Virus record (IMG/VR): IMGVR_UViG_3300009436_000023
DNA: 64,000 bases
Direction: 5' to 3' (one strand)
From: an uncultured virus (IMG/VR IMGVR_UViG_3300009436_000023)
Taxonomy: Duplodnaviria > Heunggongvirae > Uroviricota > Caudoviricetes
Part shown: positions 10,079-19,768 of the stretch, piece after piece
Numbering within the stretch: position 1 is the stretch's first letter
How the letters are laid out: every line of letters starts with the position of its first letter
Translations under genes and position numbers: made by a program
The notes under the pieces: generated by a model
What the model saw: only the letters and a program-made list of their open reading frames with translations
Database searches by the model: none
Told to the model about the DNA's origin: nothing

Positions 10079-12652
10079 TCAACCTCTTCTACGAATGCGT
10101 GGACGAGGGTATGTTTTTCCAGAAGTTGGCCTGATTCTGAAGTTTTTTTGTGGAAAAGATGCCCCAGATATTACTCTTTGGTTAATCCATCTCAAGTATT
10201 TATTCGGAGCGCCCTGTAGACTATCTCTATCCATTGGATCATCTGCTTCAGTGTCAGCCATTTGATCACTGTTTGCGTTATCTATTACCCATGCATGCGC
10301 CTCAGCTTGTGTCATGTTAGGCCAACTTTCAGCAAGAATTGCTAATACACCAGCCACTTGAGGTCCTGACATACTTGTTCCTTGGTACTTACCTAGTTCG
10401 TAATTGTCATCTCTAGGGTCATCAATACCACCAGAAAGCAAGCTACTTTGGATACCTTCACCAGCGGCAAAAATATCTACTTGGTTTCCACAGTTACTAA
10501 AGTTGGCTTTATCTTCGTTTAGGTCGTTTGAAGTTGCGCCCACGTTAACGATTGGTGCATAGCCAGCACCTGATCCTGTACCCCTGTGTAAGTTCCACGA
10601 GTAGTCATAGCCATTGTAAACCATGTTATATGTGTTGTTGTAATCTTGATCAGATGCATTAACAGTTTTCCAACTATCGTTGCCAGCAGATGCCACGATG
10701 ATAATTCCATCATCAATAGCGTCTTGCATATCAGCATTACGAGAGGTAAAGTAATTGGGGATATCCATTTGAAGATTTGGAGCATAAAAACCACGATCAC
10801 GCAACTCTTGTGTTGTCAAGTCTCTTCCTGGGTTGAAGTCAACTCCACGATAATTTACTCTTGTCACTTTACCAGTTGTATAGCTTCCACTGTAGTTAGT
10901 TCTTAAACTTGAACCATAGCTGTTATTTGTGATAGTAGGGTTTCTACGTCCAGTCTTTGGATTGATTGGCTTAGTGTTATGCCAAGCACGTATGTAGTCC
11001 CACATAAGCGACGATGAGAGGCTATTAGGATTTGAGCCATACGGACTGATATTATAGATTGTCGCGTCCCTAGCCCACCCCTGTGTGTTCCCTGCTACCG
11101 TACCAGCACAGTGTGTACCATGGTTGTTATCATCAGTTCGATCAGCATCACCTGCATCAATATAAGGCGTGTAAGTATAAGTCCCATTAGAACCACCAGT
11201 AACTTGACTAGTCAAGGAGAACCAATTGAATTGATTTACACGACTTGATTCAGTGTAGCCAGAAACTCCACCATCATTGTTTTGGAATATCGTTCTAAGT
11301 GTAGCGAAGTTTGGTTTAGTCAATACTGGATCGATGTATGTATTGAATAGCGCATAACCTAGTGGGTTATTCGTTTGAATTCCAGATGCCGTTCTCATAG
11401 AGTCAGACCATTCTGGTGATAGGCTTCCACCATCCCAAAATTCTGACATTTCCCACATACCCCAATTAAGAAGATATAGGTACTCTTTATATGCGACTTC
11501 AGCCGCATCTGCAACGGTTGCCCAATCACTTGCGTAACCAGACGGATCGAAGAAAGAACCATCAATAGCTTCTTTCATTGCAAGATGTAATGCTGTGGTT
11601 TTCCAACTAGCATTACCAGTTGCCATCCAATTCATAGCTGTCTCAGAACCAGTAACTGCGCCCATTACACCCATTAGATGTATTGTGTGCATAAGGTGTT
11701 CGATTATTTCTTCGATGTCTCTGTCTTGTACTGGTGGAATAGGTCCACTTACGTTTCTATACCAAACCATATCGTTATGAACGTGACTATCCAAAAATGC
11801 TTGATAACCAACATATGAAGAGATACCTTCGTCTGTTAAGAAGTTTGGTTCGTACTGTCCACCACCACCATAGGCAACACGTTGTACTGATGGAAGTCCT
11901 GCATGTACAGTACCTACTTCACCCTTAAGAGTTGCAATCAAATTCTTTTGATATGCTAAGTTAACGTTTGATCCATCTGGGTCAATCAATAGATCAACTA
12001 CTCTTGCTGTCTTTCTAGCCCATTCGTCTGGAACAGCAATTTGTCCACCAGCAGCACCAGAAATAACAATCTTCAAACCATTAACAGTAACTGATCTATC
12101 GAACAATGCACTATTAGTATTGTCGTTTACTAGGTTGCCTTTATAGTGTGCGGTTTCCCTTGGTTTGAATTCTGGATGTGCAGGATCGATGTGACCATCA
12201 ACAATAACAACATCAACATTCTCACCTGATGAAGTAACCGTCAAGTCACTCACGTAAGTGTTAGTTCCATTAGAACCCCAATTGGCTCTATTGGCATCTT
12301 CACTATGTCTTAACAAACCCCAATTGTGATCTGTCGCATCTGTGAACCAATCTTTAGAAAATTTCTTATTTTCCATTTTCCAACCAGTTGGCTTTGTGGT
12401 AAGTTCGATCATCTCAGCAAGTTCGACGTCCCATACTCTAGGGTCGTTCTTCAACTCTTGTGCTTCTTCATGAGTTAGCATATAATGTGTGTTACGACTG
12501 ATCAGTCTTCGGTTAGAAACCTCAACCGCACGACTTGGAAAGTGAACTTCACCATCATGGATGTGTACTGAACTTTCTGTGGTTTCTATGTCATCGTAAA
12601 ACTGATCAAGGTCATCTTTATTATGTAAGGTAACGATGTACTCTTGCAACAT
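10079..12652 (-). CDS. subtilisin-like S8 serine protease with a ~300-aa inserted domain
   Basis: Catalytic triad motifs DVVIVDG, HGTHCAGTVAG and GTSMSGPQVAG; oxyanion ASAGND; N-terminal I9-like EYIVTL propeptide. Confidence 0.9.
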   Translation of the reverse strand: MLQEYIVTLHNKDDLDQFYDDIETTESSVHIHDGEVHFPSRAVEVSNRRLISRNTHYMLTHEEAQELKNDPRVWDVELAEMIELTTKPTGWKMENKKFSKDWFTDATDHNWGLLRHSEDANRANWGSNGTNTYVSDLTVTSSGENVDVVIVDGHIDPAHPEFKPRETAHYKGNLVNDNTNSALFDRSVTVNGLKIVISGAAGGQIAVPDEWARKTARVVDLLIDPDGSNVNLAYQKNLIATLKGEVGTVHAGLPSVQRVAYGGGGQYEPNFLTDEGISSYVGYQAFLDSHVHNDMVWYRNVSGPIPPVQDRDIEEIIEHLMHTIHLMGVMGAVTGSETAMNWMATGNASWKTTALHLAMKEAIDGSFFDPSGYASDWATVADAAEVAYKEYLYLLNWGMWEMSEFWDGGSLSPEWSDSMRTASGIQTNNPLGYALFNTYIDPVLTKPNFATLRTIFQNNDGGVSGYTESSRVNQFNWFSLTSQVTGGSNGTYTYTPYIDAGDADRTDDNNHGTHCAGTVAGNTQGWARDATIYNISPYGSNPNSLSSSLMWDYIRAWHNTKPINPKTGRRNPTITNNSYGSSLRTNYSGSYTTGKVTRVNYRGVDFNPGRDLTTQELRDRGFYAPNLQMDIPNYFTSRNADMQDAIDDGIIIVASAGNDSWKTVNASDQDYNNTYNMVYNGYDYSWNLHRGTGSGAGYAPIVNVGATSNDLNEDKANFSNCGNQVDIFAAGEGIQSSLLSGGIDDPRDDNYELGKYQGTSMSGPQVAGVLAILAESWPNMTQAEAHAWVIDNANSDQMADTEADDPMDRDSLQGAPNKYLRWINQRVISGASFPQKNFRIRPTSGKTYPRPRIRRRG

Positions 12653-12653
12653 A

Positions 12654-13520
12654 TTATGCCTCCAATTGAAGTACGTTTAGAGTAACCGAAACTGTTCCTG
12701 TTGATCCAGATTTATTGGTAACTGCGCATGGAATATTAGTTGTCGGAGTTGCTTCCATGTTAAAGCCCATTGAAGATGGTGACATCAAAACAGTTTCTGC
12801 TCCTGTTGTGATTACCTCTGCAATAACACCAGCATCTGGCGTTGGGTCTGTCACTTCAAGTCTGCTTGCGTCAGCAGTTCTAGTCGCACCGTTTGAATAA
12901 ATTCTTACCCAAGCCGCTTTGTCTGTTGTAATCGATAGTAGTGCGTATCCTTTAAATCCTACGATGTCAACATTGCCTGATGCACCATCAGTTAATGAAG
13001 CCGATACACCGACTTTGTTAATTCTTGTTTGTAGGCTTGAACCGCCACCACCAGAAGGTGCATCAATAAATGCAAATGCGCCTTGACCATTAGTCGAAAG
13101 AATTTGATTGTTAGAACCATCTGTAATTCCAAGGTCTAAAAGGTCTGATGGGATTACAGGTGGAGTAAATGTAAACGCACCAGTAGTATTATCATAGGCA
13201 AGACCACCATCATTTGCAGGAGTTCCATCCGTACCAATACTCAAGTCAGTTAGTGCTATGCCAGAACCACCGCCCCCTGCATTGACGAAAGTGAAGTTTC
13301 CAGCACCATCCGTTGATAATATTTGATTATTGGAACCATCTGTAATGCCAAAGTCTGTGATGCTTGTTGGCTTGTTAGACAAGTCATCATAATCGCCAGA
13401 AAACGATTCAGCGTTGTACAATTCGGTAAAGTTCTCATTTACTTTGGTGAAAGCGTTTCTTAACGGATCACCAGTACCGTCATTATCCGCAAGTCCTGTA
13501 TTTACAATTTGCTTAGCCAT
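12654..13520 (-). CDS. virion structural protein with gp9/gp10-like N-terminus
   Basis: MAKQIVNTG..DNDGTGDPLRNAFTKVNENFTELY, the T4 gp9/gp10-type N-terminal motif; internal repeat. Confidence 0.75.
   Translation of the reverse strand: MAKQIVNTGLADNDGTGDPLRNAFTKVNENFTELYNAESFSGDYDDLSNKPTSITDFGITDGSNNQILSTDGAGNFTFVNAGGGGSGIALTDLSIGTDGTPANDGGLAYDNTTGAFTFTPPVIPSDLLDLGITDGSNNQILSTNGQGAFAFIDAPSGGGGSSLQTRINKVGVSASLTDGASGNVDIVGFKGYALLSITTDKAAWVRIYSNGATRTADASRLEVTDPTPDAGVIAEVITTGAETVLMSPSSMGFNMEATPTTNIPCAVTNKSGSTGTVSVTLNVLQLEA
13040..13355 (-). repeat. two internal ~30-aa repeats (D.GITDGSNNQILST.G.G.F.F....GGG)
   Basis: DFGITDGSNNQILSTDGAGNFTF versus DLGITDGSNNQILSTNGQGAFAF in the same ORF; boundaries approximate. 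Confidence 0.8.
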
Positions 13521-13555
13521 GTTCGCTCCTAAAGTCTTTCTACTTATTTATCTGT

Positions 13556-15793
13556 TTATACTACGTCAGCTTTGAGATTGACTGTATCTACAGAAATAGT
13601 ATTTCTATCTGCTGAATATTTAATATCTATGCCTGGTTGGTTAGGTCCGACGATCTCAGGACCGCCAATAATTTGGTCTTCTTTCTTGGAAGCGTAGAAC
13701 CTATGTCCTAAACCAACTTCTGCTTTTTTCTTGTAAACAAACCTACCAAAAAGTCTTGTGCCTGCAAGGTGAACGTTCTTCTTAAGAGTTGCTTCGTATA
13801 CAGTAAGATCAACAGTAGACAAAATTTCATATGAGAATTCTTGATATAAATCACTGTCATGTATCTTATTGCGAGAGTCGTAATACTTACCGTCTTTGTA
13901 ACCGTTAAGTTGGCTCGTTTCGCTACCCCAGAAGCCAGCCGTAATACCTTGAGAGTCTGCTTTGAGTGTACCCCTTGCATGTTTCACGCCATCGTCATCT
14001 ACAACGAAAACAATTTCCTCGTTCAAGTAACCAAACCCAGAGTTAACAACCTTAACTGCTGAAATTCTACCTGTAGCGAATTGAGTTTTTGATCTCATGT
14101 CAGCATTAGCACCAAATTTCTCAGATGTATAATCTCTTTCGGATGCAGAAATAACATATGACGAACCTTTATGTGAAATAGGTGCAGTTGCAAAACCGTA
14201 GTAAGCATAAGGTCTAACTTTAATGAAAGAACGATCTGTGTCAATTCCTGTGATGACCCCAGTAACCCCAGAAGATGATTGTTCGATTAAATCCCCAACA
14301 GAGAATGAAGCACTAAGAATTGGCATGATTAGAACTTGTTCGTATCTGTCAAATGCAATCATGACTGGATCACGTACTAGTGTAAACACGTCGTTTGTGT
14401 AGTCTTCACCTGGATTGACATTCTCGAATGCATCAATAGTACCGATTTGAAATGGTGAGAGATTGAATGCTTGATCTAAAGGTGTACTCAGAGTAACTGG
14501 ATCAGCCGTACCACTCATTATTGCTGTTGCTGGGGGATCATTATAGTTTGAGGCATTAAGTGGGACAGACAAAAATGGCGACATCAAATCTGTGATTAGA
14601 TTTACAGTTTCAATATTAGAAAGACTTTCAACCTTAACGTCAGTATCCAAAGCAGTGTCTGGATACAAATCACCGGGCGAACTACTGTTCTTGGTAGATA
14701 CCGTAAAGATACCAGTTATAGGAACATTTGGTGTTCTGTCCATTGTAGTAATGGCTCTGCCAATATTAAACTCATCTCCATCATCCATCTTGATACCAAC
14801 GGCTGATGCGTTTTGACCAATTACTGTACCTACGTTTCCACCAGTATCAGTAAGTCTTTCGAGATTAGTAAAACTAAAGTCTTCGTTAGGTAAGACAAGA
14901 ACCTGATTAGAGACTTCTAGTCTAGTATTCTGTATTGTATAACCAAACCCACCATCCGTCAATGTGTAATCAACAATACCCGTAAACTTGTCTTCAGTTT
15001 CTGTTACGATGACTTCGCCACCATTACCGTACTTACTTTCAATTTTAAATTTGTCACCAATAGCGTTTCCTGTTGTACCACCATAATCCAAATCAATATG
15101 GAGTGCTGACGCTGAACCATTCAGAACACCAAAAGAAACGTCCTGCCCATCAATTCTAGCCATGATATTATCGTATTTGGCAAACATACCCCTTACATTA
15201 GTGAGGTAAAGAATTGGAGTTAGTGTTCCGTTCAGAAGAATAAAGTTGATTTTGTCAACAGCCGCTTTAGCACCCGATGTCGATCCTGTGATGTTCTTAG
15301 ACAAAAGGTCACTGTACTGATAATACGTGACGCCATCTCTTGAGTAGAAAACACCATCATTAGGAACCATCTGAAGGTATGTACCAGTCTGCCACTTAGA
15401 GTCAGATGGTTTCAAAACAAATTGCGCAGGATTATTAATCTCAACATCTTCGTTGTAGAACATTCTGAAGAATAGGATGATCCCACTCTCAGAGCCTTTT
15501 CTTCTATAAAGGTCTAAGATTTTCTTGACTACAATTCTTACACTGGCGTCTTCAAGTAATGGGAGATCATTCAAATACTTTTTCTGAAAGAAAATGATCA
15601 TGCTGTCAAGAGTAGTTGTGATGTCCCTATATTCGAACATACGCCTTGAGTTGTAAACGCCCTGATTAGGAGTAGTTTCTAGGAATTTATAATAGTCTTG
15701 GACAAGCTGAACTAACTCAGCATTTTCCTCACGATATATCGCAGGAAACTGTTGAGGTATCTTAAATGCTATTTTCTTTTCGATATCTGACAT
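13556..15793 (-). CDS. gp7: baseplate wedge initiator gp7-like
   Basis: QQFPAIYRE..LYRRKGSE..LFFRMFY.E..LKPSDSKW and C-terminal IHDSDLYQEFSY..VHLAGTRLFG motifs; follows gp6. Confidence 0.75.
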   Translation of the reverse strand: MSDIEKKIAFKIPQQFPAIYREENAELVQLVQDYYKFLETTPNQGVYNSRRMFEYRDITTTLDSMIIFFQKKYLNDLPLLEDASVRIVVKKILDLYRRKGSESGIILFFRMFYNEDVEINNPAQFVLKPSDSKWQTGTYLQMVPNDGVFYSRDGVTYYQYSDLLSKNITGSTSGAKAAVDKINFILLNGTLTPILYLTNVRGMFAKYDNIMARIDGQDVSFGVLNGSASALHIDLDYGGTTGNAIGDKFKIESKYGNGGEVIVTETEDKFTGIVDYTLTDGGFGYTIQNTRLEVSNQVLVLPNEDFSFTNLERLTDTGGNVGTVIGQNASAVGIKMDDGDEFNIGRAITTMDRTPNVPITGIFTVSTKNSSSPGDLYPDTALDTDVKVESLSNIETVNLITDLMSPFLSVPLNASNYNDPPATAIMSGTADPVTLSTPLDQAFNLSPFQIGTIDAFENVNPGEDYTNDVFTLVRDPVMIAFDRYEQVLIMPILSASFSVGDLIEQSSSGVTGVITGIDTDRSFIKVRPYAYYGFATAPISHKGSSYVISASERDYTSEKFGANADMRSKTQFATGRISAVKVVNSGFGYLNEEIVFVVDDDGVKHARGTLKADSQGITAGFWGSETSQLNGYKDGKYYDSRNKIHDSDLYQEFSYEILSTVDLTVYEATLKKNVHLAGTRLFGRFVYKKKAEVGLGHRFYASKKEDQIIGGPEIVGPNQPGIDIKYSADRNTISVDTVNLKADVV

Positions 15794-17583
15794 TATTTCA
15801 TCTCAATTAGATTAATTGTTACGTCTGAGTCTTTTATTGTGAAAATTCTACCGTTAGGGGCAGTGATGTCATTCTTCACTGTACTAGCCATAAACTTAAT
15901 ACCAGAACCTGTGTATCCATCGGTGATGAAACCAACTAGATTAACTTCGCCTGTGTCGTAGTTTACTGTACCAATAGAAGGCTTAACAACTTTAGGGTTA
16001 GCAACGTCGCTAGTAATGATTTGGATATTACCCAAACCATCATCTTGCAAGTAAACATTCGCACCGTTATATGAGAACACACCAGTTTTAATTGCTGGTT
16101 TGTATGTCTCAAAGCCTCTTGTTTCATCAAAAGGATATGGTTTAATTAGCTTGGCAACAAATTTAAATGATGGGTTCAACGCAATATTGATTGTTGGCGA
16201 ATACTCAATGTAAGGCATAACTGAAATGTCGTTACTTGTCACTGAAATGTCGATATTATCAATAGCCGCTGAAAGAACTGAAAGTCTTAACTGAGTGTTG
16301 AAATCATCAAGATATTGTGTGTTGTAACTTGCGATAGCATTTCTTGCCAATGTTTCGATGTCACCAGTAGATTTACGTGTTAGCTTAGGGTTGTAATACA
16401 AATCAACAACCGCACACCCATACATGAATTGAGTTGCCACAAAAATAGGTTCAATCGCAAGTGGACTTCTCTCTTTCAAATACTGAATGTATGTGTTAGA
16501 AAGAGTATTAGATAAACTTTCTTGTCCCTGACCAAGGTATACAGAAATAGCAACCTTACCAAACTGTGGTGGTTCAAGGTCTTCGCCGCCATATGCCGCA
16601 ACCGCTTGGATTTCTGGATACTGCGTTTTCAGAAGAATTTCGTAGTCTGATGTAGTAACTGCACGTTCTTGAATTTGCAAACTCTTGGGAGCAAAGTATC
16701 TAATGCTTTCAATAGTTTCCCTCTCAGCACCACCAGCCGCTAGTTGGGTTGTTGTTACTACAGCACTGCCAAAGTTGGTAGCCATTGAGAATGATTTAGC
16801 ACCATTACCTTCAGTACCAGATGTAATTCTGTAGCGCACTCTAATATCTTCGAACTCTGCTGGTTGGAAACCAAAAATATTGTTACCAAAATAAATTGTA
16901 TAGCGACCATCGTAATATGGTTCGATGTAGAATACTTTATCAACCGCACCAACACCGAAGATGTCGTTCTTACGCAAGAACACGTTTTCGTTTTCTGTAG
17001 CCTCAGCATCAACAAAGACCGAAATGGATTCGGTGTCAGCATTTTCGTTGGAAAGTACCACGCGCAAGATGCCATCTTCATCAACAAAGAAACCCTCACG
17101 CTCAAAACTTGCTAACATCTGACCTTCAAAGATTTCCACGCCCTCAGCAACGAATGTGTTAGGTGCGGTTTTCTTCGCAACATAAGCTTTATCGGTAACA
17201 AACTCAAAGTTCTCGCCGTTATGTATCGTCGTGAATGGTGAGTATTGTGGAATTGTAATAGATTGACCCGTCGCTGTTGAATCTGTGAACGTAACCGTCA
17301 CCACAGCTTTCGCTGATCTTCTTGATCGTGGAAGGTAATTTAATTCCTTGGCGTGTGAAACAACTGAGTTGCGCATCACGGCAGAGTCAAGGAACATCTC
17401 ATTGATCGCCATGTTGGTGTAGAAGTTGTTTTGAAATGTATTGTAAGACAAGACGTCAAGCAATACAGACATGTTTGATCCATCAAAGTTATAGTCTTTA
17501 AATTGCGTCTGGCTTTGCAGATACTCTTTGAACTGCGACTTTACTGCCTCGAAGTCTAGTTCTGAAATGTTTAGCTTAACCAT
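15793..17583 (-). CDS. gp6: baseplate wedge subunit gp6
   Basis: ELDFEAVK..FKDYNFDGSNMSVLLDVLSYNT..NEMFLDSA..R.SVVSHAKELNY.P.S and RAVTTSDY motifs. Confidence 0.95.
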   Translation of the reverse strand: MVKLNISELDFEAVKSQFKEYLQSQTQFKDYNFDGSNMSVLLDVLSYNTFQNNFYTNMAINEMFLDSAVMRNSVVSHAKELNYLPRSRRSAKAVVTVTFTDSTATGQSITIPQYSPFTTIHNGENFEFVTDKAYVAKKTAPNTFVAEGVEIFEGQMLASFEREGFFVDEDGILRVVLSNENADTESISVFVDAEATENENVFLRKNDIFGVGAVDKVFYIEPYYDGRYTIYFGNNIFGFQPAEFEDIRVRYRITSGTEGNGAKSFSMATNFGSAVVTTTQLAAGGAERETIESIRYFAPKSLQIQERAVTTSDYEILLKTQYPEIQAVAAYGGEDLEPPQFGKVAISVYLGQGQESLSNTLSNTYIQYLKERSPLAIEPIFVATQFMYGCAVVDLYYNPKLTRKSTGDIETLARNAIASYNTQYLDDFNTQLRLSVLSAAIDNIDISVTSNDISVMPYIEYSPTINIALNPSFKFVAKLIKPYPFDETRGFETYKPAIKTGVFSYNGANVYLQDDGLGNIQIITSDVANPKVVKPSIGTVNYDTGEVNLVGFITDGYTGSGIKFMASTVKNDITAPNGRIFTIKDSDVTINLIEMK

Positions 17584-18000
17584 TTATCTGGTCCTCTCTA
17601 AAAATACATCAACCGATATAGGCTGTTGATTATTTAAAATGTAAAATTGAACTCTAATCTTGACCACATTATCGTCTAAGTTTGACGAAACTTCCACATC
17701 AATTATTTCTGCCCTTGGTTCGTGCAACTCAAGTGTTGTGCGTACTTGGTCTTCGATTAGAGTCAAAACTCCTGGCGTGATGTTCTCGAACAACATAGCT
17801 CTAAGATTGCCACCGATTGTCGGTTGCATTAACCTTTCACCACGATCAGTGAGAAGTAGGTTTTTTATAGATTCCTTAACGGCATCTTCATCTTTGAATA
17901 CAGTCAAGTCCTGAGACAATGGGCTGATCTCAAGGTCTTTCTTGAAATCTGCGTATATCGAAATCTTCTTCTGTCTATTTGATACTAAATTTACGACCAT
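17584..18000 (-). CDS. gp25: baseplate wedge subunit gp25
   Basis: AVKESIKNLLLTDRGERLMQP.IG..L..LFE..EPR motif; likely start MVVN at 18000. Confidence 0.9.
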   Translation of the reverse strand: MVVNLVSNRQKKISIYADFKKDLEISPLSQDLTVFKDEDAVKESIKNLLLTDRGERLMQPTIGGNLRAMLFENITPGVLTLIEDQVRTTLELHEPRAEIIDVEVSSNLDDNVVKIRVQFYILNNQQPISVDVFLERTR

Positions 18001-19730
18001 CTTGCCCCCTCCGGCTTTGTCCAAGTTCTTGCATCACTTTGCGCTCTCCAATCCAAGTGGATGAAATTCTTTGTAGGATAAAATCCGAAACTAGTAAATC
18101 CTATTCTTCTGCCCTCATTCACCAAGTCGGTTCGCATTTGTCTAGTCCAACTACTAACAGCAATATCTACAGCTTTGCCCAACAGATGTTGAGAATTTAG
18201 TGCCACACCACTATTGCGTCTTATATCTCTCAAATACCTTTGGTATTTTTCATTTCTATAAAGGCTCATTATCCTAAACGAGCCAAACCCAGGGTGCAAT
18301 TCATTCATTCTTTTATTCAGTCTCAAAATATATATCTTTGTCGTCATAGTATGTTCACCACCAGTCCAACCCAAGGAGCCAAGAATTGGTTCGCTTTCGC
18401 CTGGCCAAATATTGCGCACCCAACCACCAACTGGATTGAATACAGGATGGTTATTGTTTTTAATCTCATCCCAAGTTGGTATGTATTCCCTACCATAACC
18501 TTCTTGCGAGGCTATCCAGTCTGGCACTTGAATTGGCGGTGGTCGTGTCGCGTCAGTTTCAAGATCGACATCAGGAAGTGAAGTCGTAGCAATATCGTCA
18601 TTTGGTGCTGTCCACACGTCATATGCTTCTCTTGTTCTTCTAGCTCTTTCTTCATCACTAAACCTAATACCACCAGCCTCAACTACACTACTAGTTACTT
18701 GACCAGTAGCAGACCTGATTGTGTTACGTGCAGTTTCATATTCATCTGCAATGGCATCAAGAGGAGATTTAACTCCTTTAATAATAGCTTCTACACCAGC
18801 AGCAAAACCACAAATACGTGCCATCAAAAACATGATCTCTTCTAAGGATGGGTTGTCAAACAAACCAACTGCATAATCAATCATACCTTGTAGTTTAGAT
18901 TGTATTTTATTTAAATTCTCTTCAGAAAAAAATCTACCAATCTGATCTTTAACTGCTTCAACTTTACCGACAATCTTGTCTTGAATAAAACTCTCTACAT
19001 TACCCATGATGTCAGCCATATTAAAGTTTTGTATGGCGTCCCTGATCTTATTTATAGTACCCATAACCGCATCAGTTATTTTCTTTTTAATTGCTTCTAT
19101 GAGAGCCTTCACTTTAATCGCTTCAAACAAAGCTTTAAGTGGGTCTTCGATGTTCCTAATTTTAGAGATGAAACTAAGAGCATCACCAATAAGACCCTCA
19201 ACTTGACCAATAATAATAAAGAAACCGCCTATTGCGCCAAAGACATTTGGCAAAACCGAACAGAAACCACCCAGAACAGAATCTGCATAACTTCCTCTGT
19301 AGAAGTCATCAAGCTCTCTTAAAAACTTAGGGGGGTTTTGATTTGCAGAGAAGTTAGCTGATATGGGCGAATAGTTATATTCTTTAAGAAACTGTGCAAA
19401 TTCAATTTGAGATATTGGACCATTTAAAATTCTTGTTTGGAGCAATGTATAATTTTGAATATTCGCAGTCACGAATGTATTCGTGTTGATGGTATTGTTT
19501 ATTAGGTTTAGGTTATCCGCAAATGTGTCGCCGTATTTATTAACCGCCAAGACAATAAGATTACTTTCAGAGTCAGCAACTATATTTTTTGCGAACGAAT
19601 TTTCAAAAACTTCAATTTGGGATAAAGTGAGTTCACCATTAGAATTAGCCAACGCCTGAGGCGAGGCTTTAAACACCTTTTCGTCATCTGGACTTAAACA
19701 CCAATCACGATTGGTTAAGTTCTTTTCCAT
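17991..19730 (-). CDS. baseplate-region protein with C-terminal peptidase M15 domain
   Basis: C-terminal SLYRNEKYQ..SQHLLGKAVDI..FIHLDWR (H-x6-D...HxD) zinc motif; long helical N-terminal region; lies between gp5 and gp25. Confidence 0.75.
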   Translation of the reverse strand: MEKNLTNRDWCLSPDDEKVFKASPQALANSNGELTLSQIEVFENSFAKNIVADSESNLIVLAVNKYGDTFADNLNLINNTINTNTFVTANIQNYTLLQTRILNGPISQIEFAQFLKEYNYSPISANFSANQNPPKFLRELDDFYRGSYADSVLGGFCSVLPNVFGAIGGFFIIIGQVEGLIGDALSFISKIRNIEDPLKALFEAIKVKALIEAIKKKITDAVMGTINKIRDAIQNFNMADIMGNVESFIQDKIVGKVEAVKDQIGRFFSEENLNKIQSKLQGMIDYAVGLFDNPSLEEIMFLMARICGFAAGVEAIIKGVKSPLDAIADEYETARNTIRSATGQVTSSVVEAGGIRFSDEERARRTREAYDVWTAPNDDIATTSLPDVDLETDATRPPPIQVPDWIASQEGYGREYIPTWDEIKNNNHPVFNPVGGWVRNIWPGESEPILGSLGWTGGEHTMTTKIYILRLNKRMNELHPGFGSFRIMSLYRNEKYQRYLRDIRRNSGVALNSQHLLGKAVDIAVSSWTRQMRTDLVNEGRRIGFTSFGFYPTKNFIHLDWRAQSDARTWTKPEGARWS

Positions 19731-19768
19731 TACTGCTTTTCCCTAGTCTCTGTTACTTATATTTATCA

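Noticed and set aside
11250..12166. Possible intein in the S8 protease
   Set aside because: No N-terminal Cys/Ser block, no C-terminal His-Asn and no LAGLIDADG motifs seen; treated as a domain insertion
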